Source: Balanoglossus misakiensis (lineage: Eukaryota > Animalia > Hemichordata). From it: a stretch of DNA of 64,000 nt. The stretch lies in NCBI GenBank assembly GCA_040954595.2, contig CM082577.2, forward strand, positions 18,946,303 through 19,010,302, given 5' to 3'. The translations under genes and the position numbers were made by a program. The notes beneath the pieces are model-generated. The model saw only the letters and a program-made list of their open reading frames with translations. It ran no database searches and was not told the origin of the DNA. Shown here in pieces: positions 1 to 14,404 of this stretch. Each line of letters opens with the position of its first letter. Within the stretch, counting starts at the first letter, position 1.

Positions 1-69
1 CAATGTGTGCTTTCGTCCATTATGGGTCTTCGGGGCGTACATTATTCTCTAACCAATTATCATTGCTCA

Positions 70-228
<159 letters not shown>

Positions 229-385
229 CTTAAAATACCATGGAATCATAGAACAATGAACTCACTGTGTTGTAATGTCCATTTTCTCTTTTGGTGATTT
301 TTTTATCAAAGTGTCACACACCCCAGCATGCAAGAAATTTCTCAATATATATACTGCTATCGCAGCAAAACATACCACTACTTTT

Positions 386-513
386 AATATCCACCACCTG
401 AGACACCTCTCTCTGTGCGTTTTTGGCTTCGGAAACGAAGCAAAAAATATACTCGATGTTGGGTCAAGGTACCTTTCATCCGATTTACACGTCCCCCAGG
501 CGCATCTCTTCAC
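386..513 (-). pseudogene. Truncated THAP zinc-finger N-terminus of a DNA-transposon gene
   Basis: KRCAWGTCKSD...FFASFPKP...RCLRW has the THAP first Cys pair plus F-P and W motifs. It breaks off at the junction with SMG1 intron sequence (385/386). Confidence 0.75.
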
Positions 514-717
514 TATTCTGGCCGATATTTTAAAACCATTAAGTTCCTAAAACTGAAAAAAAACTTCCAGTCTGTCTATCTCTAACTGAGCGTGTACTGT
601 AGGCTGGGCCATGTTGTTGATTATATGTGGGACAAAATGGCGGTTGTATGAACAGCATGACTTTTCTCGGCTCTGATTGGCTGAGGGTTCAGTGTGATTG
701 ACAGCTGTGGAACCATG

Positions 718-1193
718 AATTGTAAGGGAGCCTTGTGCCTTTTACCAGGCACCCGCTTGCGTGAACACACCTCACATGAATGCACCCACGATCTGACATT
801 TACGGACATGCCATGCCAGTAATACCTCTGCCTCACCTTGTCAAGTGTTTTTGTCATCCCTAAGTGACCACCTGCGTTTGCATCATGCAACCCTCCAATC
901 ACCACATTATGACACACTTTAGGCAGAATTAATTGCCATTTCACTAAAGTCCCATCAGCCGACTCCCATCTCCTGAACAGCACACCCCTGTAGACTATCA
1001 ATTGTTCATACATAGCCCAGTATGCCTTCGTGGCTGCCGAACACGGAGAGATCTCATTCCAGTCTAGTCGACTTTCCCTCCCCTCCCTAGCCTTCAAGAC
1101 AACTGAAATATCAGGATCACTAAGTTGACAATCTCTAAGCTTTTCACTGGACCAAACGACTTCCCTGGCAACAACCTCTGCCTTTGTTGCCAA
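718..1193 (-). pseudogene. Gypsy integrase N-terminal HHCC domain, catalytic core deleted
   Basis: LHDANAGGHLG...RYYWHGM...SCEVC; recognisable integrase sequence ends near KAPLQ. Out of frame with RT. Confidence 0.9.
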
Positions 1194-2881
1194 GGCATTC
1201 TCCCCAGTGCCCTCCGCGGTTGGCCAGTACTGCTCATCACAGCTGCCAGGATCAAAATTTTCCCAATCACCTGGACAGCTGTCCTTGTTGTCATAGCCGT
1301 ATCAAACAATCTGCAACCCTCTACTTTGGCATTTTTGTCCTGAGAACTGTCATCTAGTCTATCGGTCCCTCCACACTCTGGTAGTTCACGGTACAACTGT
1401 TCGGACCGTACAACACTATTTTGTCTCATCGATGGAGATTTGCATTCAAACTCTGGTGCAAGTGGATTCAACGCACCTGTACCATTAGTGGTGGTTGGTT
1501 CGTGTGCCATACCACACTGTTTGCACTCACGCACTGGTTTCCGAGATAGCGCATCAGCATTTCCATGGCGTAAACCAGGACGATGGATACAGGTATAGTC
1601 AAAGCGACCGAGTGTCTCTAACCACCTAGCCAACTGCCCCTCTGGGTTCTTGAAATTAAGCAACCACACTAATGCAGCATGGTCAGTCCTCAGTGTGAAT
1701 TTCTGGCCCAGTAAGTAGTGTTTGAAGTATTTTGTGTACTCGATTACAGCCAACAGTTCACGACGCGATACACAGTACTTCCTTTCAGCACCCGATAGCA
1801 CTCGGCCCGCATAACTAACAGGTCTCTCTGGGCCACCCTGTACTTGGCTCAACACTGCCCCTATGCCAATACCGCTAGCATCTGTATCCAGTATGAACAC
1901 ACCCTTTTCCATCGGAAAAGCCAAAACTGGTGCCGATGTTAGTCTTGCCTTGAGCTGATCAAATGCGTTTTGACAATTCTCTGTCCAAGCAAATACAGAA
2001 TCTTTCTTTGTTAAGTCATGAAGAGGACGGGCCAATTCAGCAAACCCCTGTACAAAGCGTCTGTAGTATGACGCCAGCCCCAAGAAGCTTCTTACTTCTG
2101 TGACTGTCTCAGGAATCGGCCAGTCTCTAATAGCCTTGACCTTTCCTGGATCAGTAGCAACCCCTTCCCGAGAAACACGATGCCCCAAAAACTCAACACT
2201 GCGTGCAAAAAGCACACACTTACTCGGCTTTAATTTGAGATTTGAAGTACGAAGACGTTCAAATACCTTGCACAACCTTTCCAACTCTTCATCAAATGAT
2301 CTGCCAAATATTATGATGTCATCTAGATACAAAAGCGGTATTTCCCACTGCATACCGGTAAAGACGCGCTCCATCAGACGTTCAAATGTACTAGGGGCAT
2401 TACACAACCCAAACGGGAGCACCCTCCACTGATAGAGTCCACTGTGCGTGACAAATGCGTTCTTTACTTTAGATCCCTCGTCCAGTTCTACCTGCCAATA
2501 CCCTGCTTGGAGGTCTAGCGTAGAAAACCATTCCGACCCGTACAATGCATCTAAAGAATCGTTTATTCGTGGTATAGGGTAGGCATCTTTAATTGACACA
2601 GCGTTCAATTTTCTATAATCAACGCACAATCTTTGTGACCCATCTTTCTTACTATTAAGTACACACGGGGCTGCCCATGGACTAGTTGATTCTTCTATCA
2701 AACCCCGCTGTAACAAGTCAGAAACCTGTCGTTCTATTTCTTCCCGTTTCCATACCGGAGTTCGATATGCGGGTTGCCTTACTGGCGTGGCATTATTGGT
2801 TTCAATTTTATGCCGAATGATCCCAGTTTTACCAATATCATGATCTCCCTGACTAAACACATCATGGTACAGTGTCAACAT
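1094..2881 (-). pseudogene. pol: Gypsy pol reverse transcriptase + RNase H
   Basis: RLCVDYRKLN, LPFGLCNAPSTF, YLDD, ILDTDAS, RELLAV, TDHAAL motifs. Separated from PR and IN by frameshifts. Confidence 0.95.
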
Positions 2882-2943
2882 CTTTGAAACCCTTTCTTGT
2901 TGGTAAACTGATCAATTTTTGCAACTTCTTGTGTATAAATCCA

Positions 2944-3861
2944 CTACATGACCTGGAAGAGGAACATTGCTCCCAGGGCAGGCTTTTGCCTCTTCAGTGC
3001 CAGAGGGCGCTCTATCACTGTCAGTACCCCAAGATTCAACTGCACACTGATCGGCTCGGAGTAACTCACAACAGTACCAGCCCTCACATGTACAGGTTCA
3101 ACACTAGCATTGAGAACTCTAACTGGTAAATGGGTAGATCTCGTGGTCACTAAAGCTTTACATGTCATAATGCCTTGCTCCAGCAATTTACCCCCTTGTA
3201 CTGGTAACACAACCGCTGTAAGACAAGTATCCGGGGAAGACTTATCTGTTCTCCCCACCCAGGTCGAATGAATTCTCATTCCCTGTGCACACCCACTTCC
3301 AACCTTTGCTGGTCCCACAAACCAAGGTTCACTGGCGATGGGAGTCTTACACATTTTAGCCGGAATAATCATTTCATGTCCAGGGGGAACAAAAACGTCT
3401 CCCGCTACCTTTACACGACAAATGAACGGTTTCATTGTACCAGTGTTACTACATTTCAACCGTTCCCCTTTAATGACTAGCTCCCCTGTCCCTGTATCAA
3501 TAATACACCCAATTGAATGTAGAAAGCTCATACCAATAATGCCATCAGAGCATAGTTCAGCTACTAATACCGGAGAGATAGCCCTAGCCCCACCCAAGCA
3601 GATATCTAGGTTAACAACTCCACTAACCATAAGTGGTGTACCATCAGCTTGGTTCACCTTTACATTTATTGGTTGCAATGCACCGTGAACTCCCACTGAA
3701 ATTTTCCTATACATTTCTTCTGATATCACCATATCAGTTGCTCCTGTATCAACCAGAAAATTCCCCGATACACCACCGGCAGAGGCCTGTATGTACATAC
3801 TTCTGACACTTGTATTGTTATTAGCCGGTTGAATTTCCCTAATATTTCCAGTAGTCTGCAC
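2944..3861 (-). pseudogene. Gypsy aspartic protease region
   Basis: FLVDTGAT active site and downstream GIIGMSFL motif. Confidence 0.9.
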
Positions 3862-3885
3862 ACACTGATCAACTGCCTCCCCTTT

Positions 3886-3945
3886 GGGTCCATACTGGTT
3901 GGCTGAGGGTTGACCCGACTTCCGCTCAGCCCCTAATCGTTTCCC
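3886..3945 (-). promoter_or_regulatory. -1 programmed ribosomal frameshift signal (gag-pol)
   Basis: G GGA AAC slippery heptamer (3939-3945) just before the gag stop. Stem GGCTGAG/CTCAGCC; loop GGGTC can pair with downstream GACCC. The -1 frame is open into PR. Confidence 0.8.
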
Positions 3946-4790
3946 GAAACCTTGGGTCGGGTGGGACAGTCCCGCTTCAGATGCCCTGATTCATTACAGT
4001 GCCAACACAAACGGCCACCAGAGGGCGCACCACTCTGAGCTTGTCCAGATGGGTTTTTTATACTAGTGTTGACAACACGGGCCTTAACCTTTTGGTCAAG
4101 TTCAGCTAATTTGTCGGTGATCAAATCAACTTTGTTTGCTATCACCCCTATCACTGACTCCAGAGTCTGAGCCATTTTTGCGTCACCCGCTTCAATACCT
4201 CTCACTTGTTTACCCAACCCTTTATTGGTTTCAGGGCCACGGCTTTTCTCTAATAACTGAAAATTCTCTTCCCAAACTGTAGCCTGTATAACATCGTCAA
4301 GTGTGGCACTGGGGGTCCTACCCGCTTCATTAACACGCCTACGCATAGCAGAATCAGTCAATGAATTGAAAAATGCATCTATACATAGCCGTTCGAATAT
4401 GTGACCTTTGGCATCAGGGTACCCAAGTGTTACCATTTCCCTGATATCCTGTCCAAGCCCACTTAGAGACTCGCTGGGCTTGAGTACTCTTTGTCTTAAT
4501 TTTAATAACGATAGGTGTCTTCCTGTCTCCCAAAACCAAATCTATGATCTAGTAGTTTGCACAGTTTCTGGTATGTCAATGACTTTCTGTCAATTGATGT
4601 TAACAGCCGCTGGGCTGCCCCATACAACATGGCTTGGAGATACTTCAACTTTTCAACCTCTCTCCACTCATTTATTTCCGCATAAATTTCAAAGTGTGCG
4701 AAATAATCATGCCATGCAAGCGATCCATCATACTTATCAGGCTTAAGTATGGACCCGTGTTTACCTGTACATGATTTGCTATAGATCCTT
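3933..4790 (-). pseudogene. gag: Gypsy gag (2-bp insertion frameshift near 4505 in this copy)
   Basis: KPDKYDGSLAWHDYFAHFE capsid-like start and CWHCNESGHLKRDC zinc knuckle. 5' limit approximate. Confidence 0.9.
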
Positions 4791-5183
4791 CACTACGCAC
4801 GGCGATATACCGCAGTGCAAAATCGGTCAGTCAATAGTTAAATCACTTCACTGGAGAACACACAATTTCCATCCTCCTGAACCAAATACCTAGAAAACCT
4901 TAGCTAAACCTTGGAATCGAATTTCCTAACAGACTATCGTTGTTTCCCGTTCCGGCAGATAATTGTTTTGCTACCGTGTAGAGCGGGTAGATGAATCCAC
5001 CCACATAAGGAGTATGCCCCCGGCCCTACGCGGTTTGTGCAACGTGCCGGATCGAACAACAACGACGTCTACCCAGTATGCAAGATGGCTACAATATGGT
5101 GCCAAAACGCATACACTCGCCTACACTAACAGAGTTACTTACAGCAGATCTGGAAACCGATGCGTTCACCATGCAGTACAACT

Positions 5184-5203
5184 ATCCCAACCGCTGCACA
5201 CCA
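5184..5203 (-). promoter_or_regulatory. Primer-binding site, tRNA-Leu-like
   Basis: TGGTGTGCAGCGGTTGGGAT 1 nt after the LTR ...ACA end. Resembles the recalled tRNA-Leu complement TGGTGGCAGCGGTGGGAT with two extra T. Confidence 0.7.
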
Positions 5204-5204
5204 A

Positions 5205-5615
5205 TGTTGTAGTTTTCTCAGCGTAGCTAGATTTCTCGTCGTGGACCCGGTAATGGTAGCGTCGCCCACAATGAAATCCTCCCGTACACTTCGACTGGAC
5301 TACCAACCACCTCGACAGGGTCGGATCGCTTGGAATAGTTGTCAGTGAACACCCTCTCACATGTACATTGACTCAGCGCAACACAAGCCGGAACAATTAA
5401 CAAGAACAACGGATTTATGTGTATTTCGACTGTGTTACAAACTTTCACGTCTGCCCAGTTCGGAGGTGGAAACCCAAGAGAGCGAGAATGAGGTGAATCC
5501 TCAGCAAAAGTAGCCCGCCCCAACTATTACCCAATCAGCACGAATGTGAAGTTCACAGTTCCAGCCTGCTTCCTGAGGCTCAAGCAGCGGTAACTTTGCA
5601 AGGTTTTCCATGACA
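5205..5615 (-). repeat. Gypsy 5' LTR (411 bp), copy 1
   Basis: TGTCATGG...CTACAACA. The outer TG falls exactly where sequence shared with the empty site (27061) resumes. Confidence 0.85.
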
Positions 5616-5890
5616 TTATTGTGATATATAGGTGAGAAATATATTGGAAAATGTCTTCATTACAAAAATATGTCGTGAAATTATTGACTAGCAAGAACCA
5701 TGTGTATATGTATGGCCAAGGGGAAATTTTTAACTTCTAGTTCTGAACATTAACGTTATTGCGCAGGCTACTGTAACCACAGTCAAATAATACATACAAT
5801 TTTCTGTTGCACCAGTGCTTTGACCTTACAGTAATTAATTACTACTACACAGGTCAGGAACACTGAGAAGGCGGCCTTAAATTATGCATT

Positions 5891-6281
5891 TGGTATTGGT
5901 ACATTTCGGATATATCTAAATTGCACCAATTTTAGTCTAGAAATATGTATACCTTAGGTAGCTTTTGTTTTCAAACAAATGGTTCATTAGGTATACCTAA
6001 ATTATGGTTCATTGGGTATACCTATTTATGGCAAAACGACCAAATCCAAGATGTTTTTTCCAACCGAATGAGGCATTTCAGGAATACCTAAATAGTACCT
6101 TTTCAATCGAAAAAGTATACTTTTGGAATAACAATTGGTAAATTTAAAGACCAAATCTGGACTACCTAAGGTAGCCTTTTTTAAAGCAATAGGTACATTT
6201 TAAGTATACCTAAATAGTACCTATTTAGTCCGGGAAAGTATACCTAAGGTATATTTCTAGTGTACCAGAATTTCGTAAGGG
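5891..6281. repeat. TACCTA/TAGGTA-rich MITE-like remnant, present in every spacer
   Basis: Many short self-complementary GTATACCTA(A) motifs, ending ...TTCGTAAGGG. Family not assignable. Confidence 0.5.
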
Positions 6282-6561
6282 TGTTCCTGCACACCACCCT
6301 ATTGCTGCACAGTTCCTGCACAGGCCACCCTATTGCTGCACAGTTCCTGCACACAGGCCATCTTACTACTGCACAGTTCTTGCAGACTGTCCTATTCCTG
6401 CACAGTTACCGCTTGCCTTGTTCCTGCACTAGTGCAGCAACACCTCATTTGCATGTGAAAAAGTCGCCTTGCAGCAGAGCTGCAGCAACTTTCTATTGCA
6501 CCGGTGCTGCAACCGTGTGGTATTGCTACTGCACCAGTGCAGCAACACTGTGCAGGAGGCC
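6282..6561. repeat. CTGCA-rich ~30 bp minisatellite / MITE remnant
   Basis: CCACCCTATTGCTGCACAGTTCCTGCACA units decaying rightwards. One extra unit in the copy at 28530-28620. Confidence 0.7.
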
Positions 6562-6735
6562 TTAAATTTTCATAAGGGCTATAGGTATGCACATAATTAA
6601 TGATGTTTGAATATGATACTAGAAATGTACAGTACACTGATACACTGATCAGCTGACCTTTTGTTTACGCATACGCCATTGCTCCGTTCTCGATCTGTCT
6701 CCGAGTCTGAATTTTTCGCACCTATAGATTTTAAA

Positions 6736-6893
6736 GATTTTTGAAGTCTGCAAATTCACTGGCATTGACAAAACTATAACATAATAAGTATAATGTACGC
6801 CCCATAATGTACTCGGCATTCGCCTCGCACATTATGTTGCACAATGTGTGCTTTCGTCCATTATGGGTCTTCGGGGCGTACATTATTCTCTAA
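6736..6893 (+). mobile_element. Non-autonomous Crypton-type hairpin terminus (in every monomer; opposite orientation to the full element)
   Basis: Reverse complement TTAGAGAATAATGTACGCCCCGAAGACCCATAATGGACGAAAGCACACATTGT... aligns with 14262-14450, with part of one hairpin arm deleted. Confidence 0.85.
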
Positions 6894-6910
6894 CCAATGA
6901 TCATTGCTCA

Positions 6911-7348
<438 letters not shown>

Positions 7349-7527
7349 CTGTTGAGGGTAAAGTAGAGAACACAAGTGATTTGGCTTACAGACTGACCAA
7401 CACAGACGTGGACAAGGGTGTTATGTCCATGAAAATCTACCTAAATATGTACATTCGCAATGGCAGAATTCATGAATGTTCCTGCAAACATCTTCAAAGA
7501 ACTACCCTGACTACCCAGTGACATTAA

Positions 7528-8150
7528 CCCTTTGAACCCCGCTCGGAGGTTTACCGCCGCAGGATGACCTTTTGACCCCTAATTTTTCAATATGCTGACG
7601 TCAAGGCATTTTCCCGCCGACATTGTAAATCCAGCCATATGAAAGCAAGTTAGAAAGCTAGGGGACCCTAATGTGACCTTCCAAATGACTTGAAATCGAT
7701 TCCTATGCGAGCGACTACATAAAAAATAGTGATATCCAAGCAGCGATTTTTAGCAAAAGTTGACAGAGATTTAAAAATGGCGACCCGACGACAGTTACGC
7801 ATTGATCCATTGCAAGACGAGGATGCTTTCTGGGCTCATTTTGACCGAGTACTAGTAGATAGTAGCTCAGAAAGTGAAGATGAAGAACAAGACCAGCCTG
7901 ACATCGTTATGGACCAAGATGGTGATCCCAACCGCGCGAACGATGAAGAAGAATTTGAGCCAGAGCCCGCGATCCAGCCACCCCCACCAGTTCGGCAACG
8001 AGTGAGAAGACTGCCCCGTGCCCGCGAAGTAAACCCACCACCTATGATATGGCAGGGCAACATAATAAACGGTAGGCAGGCTCCTATTTATAATCAACGA
8101 CGTGGACCGACGAGACAAATGCCAGCTGACAGTACACCATTAGATTATTT
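7528..8150 (+). mobile_element. piggyBac 5' end with truncated transposase N-terminus (ATG 7777)
   Basis: TTAA|CCCTTTGAACCCC terminus. Acidic N-terminus followed by GP...STPLDYF, then abrupt truncation. Confidence 0.8.
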
Positions 8151-8331
8151 TCGGACATAAAGTCATCGTCATCGTCGTGTCGTGTCACAATCATTATTTT
8201 GGACATATGCTTACTGTGTGATGAAAGGTGAGAAAGGTATTCGCCTCGCACATTATGTTGCACAATGTGTGCTTTCGTCCATTATGGGTCTTCGGGGCGT
8301 ACATTATTCTCTAACCAATGATCATTGCTCA

Positions 8332-8810
<479 letters not shown>

Positions 8811-8989
8811 CTGTTGAGGGTAAAGTAGAGAACACAAGTGATTTGGCTTACAGACTGACCAACACAGACGTGGACAAGGGTGTTATGTCCATGAAAATCT
8901 ACCTAAATATGTACATTCGCAATGGCAGAATTCATGAATGTTCCTGCAAACATCTTCAAAGAGCTACCTTGACTACCCAGTGACATTAA

Positions 8990-9611
8990 CCCTTTGAACC
9001 CCGCTCGGAGGTTTACCGCCGCAGGATGACCTTTTGACCCCTAATTTTTCAATATGCTGACATCAAGGCATTTTCCCGCCGACATTGTCAATCCAGCCAT
9101 ATGAAAGCAAGTTAGAAAGCTAGGGGACCCTAATGTGACCTTCCAAATGACTTGAAATCGATTCCTATGCGAGCGACTACATAAAAAATAGTGATATCCA
9201 AGCAGCGATTTTTAGCGAAAGTTGACAGAGATTTAAAAATGGCGACCCGACGACAGTTACGCATTGATCCTTGCAAGACGAGGATGCTTTCTGGGCTCAT
9301 TTTGACCGAGTACAAGTAGATAGTAGCTCAGAAAGTGAAGATGAAGAACAAGACCAGCCTGACATCGTTATGGACCAAGATGGTGACCCCAACCGCACGA
9401 ACGATGAAGAAGAATTTGAGCCAGAGCCCGCGATCCAGCCACCCCCACCAGTTCGGCAACGAGTGAGAAGACTGCCCCGTGCCCGCGAAGTAAACCCACC
9501 ACCTATGATATGGCAGGGCAACATAATAAACGGTAGGCAGGCTCCTATTTATAATCAACGACGTGGACCGACGAGACAAATGCCAGCTGACAGTACACCA
9601 TTAGATTATTT
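8990..9611 (+). mobile_element. piggyBac 5' fragment copy (1-bp frameshift)
   Basis: Near-identical to 7528-8150. Confidence 0.8.
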
Positions 9612-9792
9612 TCGGACATAAAGTCATCGTCATCGTCGTGTCGTGTCACAATCATTATTTTGGACATATGCTTACTGTGTGATGAAAGGTGAGAAAGGTA
9701 TTCGCCTCGCACATTATGTTGCACAATGTGTGCTTTCGTCCATTATGGGTCTTCGGGGCGTACGTTATTCTCTAACCAATGATCATTGCTCA

Positions 9793-10271
<479 letters not shown>

Positions 10272-10450
10272 CTGTTGAGGGTAAAGTAGAGAACACAAGT
10301 GATTTGGCTTACAGACTGACCAACACAGACGTGGACAAGGGTGTTATGTCCATGAAAATCTACCTAAATATGTACATTCGCAATGGCAGAATTCATGAAT
10401 GTTCCTGCAAACATCTTCAAAGAGCTACCTTGACTACCCAGTGACATTAA

Positions 10451-11073
10451 CCCTTTGAACCCCGCTCGGAGGTTTACCGCCGCAGGATGACCTTTTGACC
10501 CCTAATTTTTCAATATGCTGACGTCAAGGCATTTTCCCGCCGACATTGTAAATCCAGCCATATGAAAGCAAGTTAGAAAGCTAGGGGACCCTAATGTGAC
10601 CTTCCAAATGACTTGAAATCGATTCCTATGCGAGCGACTACATAAAAAATAGTGATATCCAAGCAGCGATTTTTAGCGAAAGTTGACAGAGATTTAAAAA
10701 TGGCGACCCGACGACAGTTACGCATTGATCCATTGCAAGACGAGGATGCTTTCTGGGCTCATTTTGACCGAGTACAAGTAGATAGTAGCTCAGAAAGTGA
10801 AGATGAAGAACAAGACCAGCCTGACATCGTTATGGACCAAGATGGTGACCCCAACCGCACGAACGATGAAGAAGAATTTGAGCCAGAGCCCGCGATCCAG
10901 CCACCCCCACCAGTTCGGCAACGAGTGAGAAGACTGCCCCGTGCCCGCGAAGTAAACCCACCACCTATGATATGGCAGGGCAACATAATAAACGGTAGGC
11001 AGGCTCCTATTTATAATCAACGACGTGGACCGACGAGACAAATGCCAGCTGACAGTACACCATTAGATTATTT
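10451..11073 (+). mobile_element. piggyBac 5' fragment copy
   Basis: Near-identical to 7528-8150. Confidence 0.8.
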
Positions 11074-11254
11074 TCGGACATAAAGTCATCGTCATCGTCG
11101 TGTCGTGTCACAATCATTATTTTGGACATATGCTTACTGTGTGATGAAAGGTGAGAAAGGTATTCGCCTCGCACATTATGTTGCACAATGTGTGCTTTCG
11201 TCCATTATGGGTCTTCGGGGCGTACGTTATTCTCTAACCAATGATCAATGCTCA

Positions 11255-11733
<479 letters not shown>

Positions 11734-11912
11734 CTGTTGAGGGTAAAGTAGAGAACACAAGTGATTTGGCTTACAGACTGACCAACACAGACGTGGACAA
11801 GGGTGTTATGTCCATGAAAATCTACCTAAATATGTACATTCGCAATGGCAGAATTCATGAATGTTCCTGCAAACATCTTCAAAGAGCTACCTTGACTACC
11901 CAGTGACATTAA

Positions 11913-12535
11913 CCCTTTGAACCCCGCTCGGAGGTTTACCGCCGCAGGATGACCTTTTGACCCCTAATTTTTCAATATGCTGACGTCAAGGCATTTTCCC
12001 GCCGACATTGTAAATCCAGCCATATGAAAGCAAGTTAGAAAGCTAGGGGACCCTAATGTGACCTTCCAAATGACTTGAAATCGATTCCTATGCGAGCGAC
12101 TACATAAAAAATAGTGATATCCAAGCAGCGATTTTTAGCGAAAGTTGACAGAGATTTAAAAATGGCGACCCGACGACAGTTACGCATTGATCCATTGCAA
12201 GACGAGGATGCTTTCTGGGCTCATTTTGACCGAGTACTAGTAGATAGTAGCTCAGAAAGTGAAGATGAAGAACAAGACCAGCCTGACATCATTATGGACC
12301 AAGATGGTGACCCCAACCGCACGAACGATGAAGAAGAATTTGAGCCAGAGCCCGCGATCCAGCCACCCCCACCAGTTCGGCAACGAGTGAGAAGACTGCC
12401 CCGTGCCCGCGAAGTAAACCCACCACCTATGATATGGCAGGGCAACATAATAAACGGTAGGCAGGCTCCTATTTATAATCAACGACGTGGACCGACGAGA
12501 CAAATGCCAGCTGACAGTACACCATTAGATTATTT
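11913..12535 (+). mobile_element. piggyBac 5' fragment copy
   Basis: Near-identical to 7528-8150. Confidence 0.8.
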
Positions 12536-12716
12536 TCGGACATAAAGTCATCGTCATCGTCGTGTCGTGTCACAATCATTATTTTGGACATATGCTTACT
12601 GTGTGATGAAAGGTGAGAAAGGTATTCGCCTCGCACATTATGTTGCACAATGTGTGCTTTCGTCCATTATGGGTCTTCGGGGCGTACGTTATTCTCTAAC
12701 CAATGATCATTGCTCA

Positions 12717-13199
<483 letters not shown>

Positions 13200-13378
13200 C
13201 TGTTGAGGGTAAAGTAGAGAACACAAGTGATTTGGCTTACAGACTGACCAACAAAGACGTGGACAAGGGTGTTATGTCCATGAAAATCTACCTAAATATG
13301 TACATTCGCAATGGCAGAATTCATGAATGTTCCTGCAAACATCTTCAAAGAGCTACCTTGACTACCCAGTGACATTAA

Positions 13379-13998
13379 CCCTTTGAACCCCGCTCGGAGG
13401 TTTACCGCCGCAGGATGACCTTTTGACCCCTAATTTTTCAATATGCTGACGTCAAGGCATTTTCCCGCCGACATTATAAATCCAGCCATATGAAAGCAAG
13501 TTAGAAAGCTAGGGGACCCTAATGTGACCTTCCAAATGACTTGAAATCGATTCTTATGCGAGCGACTACATAAAAAATAGTGATATCCAAGCAGCGATTT
13601 TTAGCGAAAGTTGACAGAGATTTAAAAATGGCGACCCGACGACAGTTACGCATTGATCCATTGCAAGACGAGGATGCTTTCTGGGCTCATTTTGACCGAG
13701 TACTAGTAGATAGTAGCTCAGAAAGTGAAGATGAAGAACAAGACCAGCCTGACATCGTTATGGACCAAGATGGTGACCCCAACCGCGCGAACGATGAAGA
13801 AGAATTTGAGCCAGAGCCCGCGATCCAGCCACCCCCACCAGTTCGGCAACGAGTGAGAAGACTGCCCCGTGCCCGCGAAGTAAACCCACCACCTATGATA
13901 TGGCAGGGCAACATAATAAACGGTAGGCAGGCTCCTATAATCAACGACGTGGACCGACGAGACAAATGCCAGCCGACAGTACACCATTAGATTATTTT
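13379..13998 (+). mobile_element. piggyBac 5' fragment copy
   Basis: Near-identical to 7528-8150, with a small deletion near the 3' end. Confidence 0.8.
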
Positions 13999-14265
13999 CG
14001 GACATAAAGTCATCGTCATCGTCATCGTCGTGTCGTGTCACAATCATTATTTTGGACATATGCTTACTGTGTGATGAAAGGTGAGAGCGCAGTCAAAAGG
14101 TCGGGCTGAATAATACAGAGACTCTGAAAATATTGTACCTTATTCTTATCAAACACGTTGATGGATATTTTGACAATTGTGACATGTGAACATTTACAAA
14201 AAAATGAAATAAATTTGCTTCAAACTCATTGGCAAAACAAGGACATGGAGTTGCTGTATATTTAG

Positions 14266-14404
14266 AGAATAATGTGCCCCCCACAGACCCATAATGGACG
14301 AAAGCACACATTGTACGACATAATATACGAGGCGAAGCCGAGTATATTATGGAGTACAATGTGTGCTTGAGTCCATTATGGGTCTGCGGGGGGCACATTA
14401 TTCT
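14266..14404. repeat. 139-bp terminal hairpin of the Crypton
   Basis: AGAATAATGTGCCCCCCACAGACCCATAATGGAC... versus ...GTCCATTATGGGTCTGCGGGGGGCACATTATTCT, with central loop GAGGCGAAGCCGA. Confidence 0.95.

Larger units (their letters stand above)
718..5615 (-). mobile_element. Ty3/Gypsy LTR retrotransposon, 3'-truncated, copy 1
   Basis: 5' LTR, PBS, gag with CCHC, then PR-RT-RH-IN order. Ends within the integrase; left boundary approximate. Confidence 0.96.

Noticed and set aside
718-5615. Active Gypsy amplifying by retrotransposition
   Set aside because: All copies share the same flanks, frameshifts, missing integrase core and missing 3' LTR, so they were copied at the DNA level.
6282-6410. 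CRISPR-like ~30 bp repeats
   Set aside because: No unique spacers, no cas genes, and the context is eukaryotic.
6260-6637. Cys/His-rich ORFs resembling metallothionein or zinc fingers
   Set aside because: They are translations of a CTGCA minisatellite that is open on both strands.
7729-8160. Domesticated 143-aa acidic protein
   Set aside because: It is the truncated piggyBac N-terminus. Frameshifts at ~9270 and ~13937 show no constraint.
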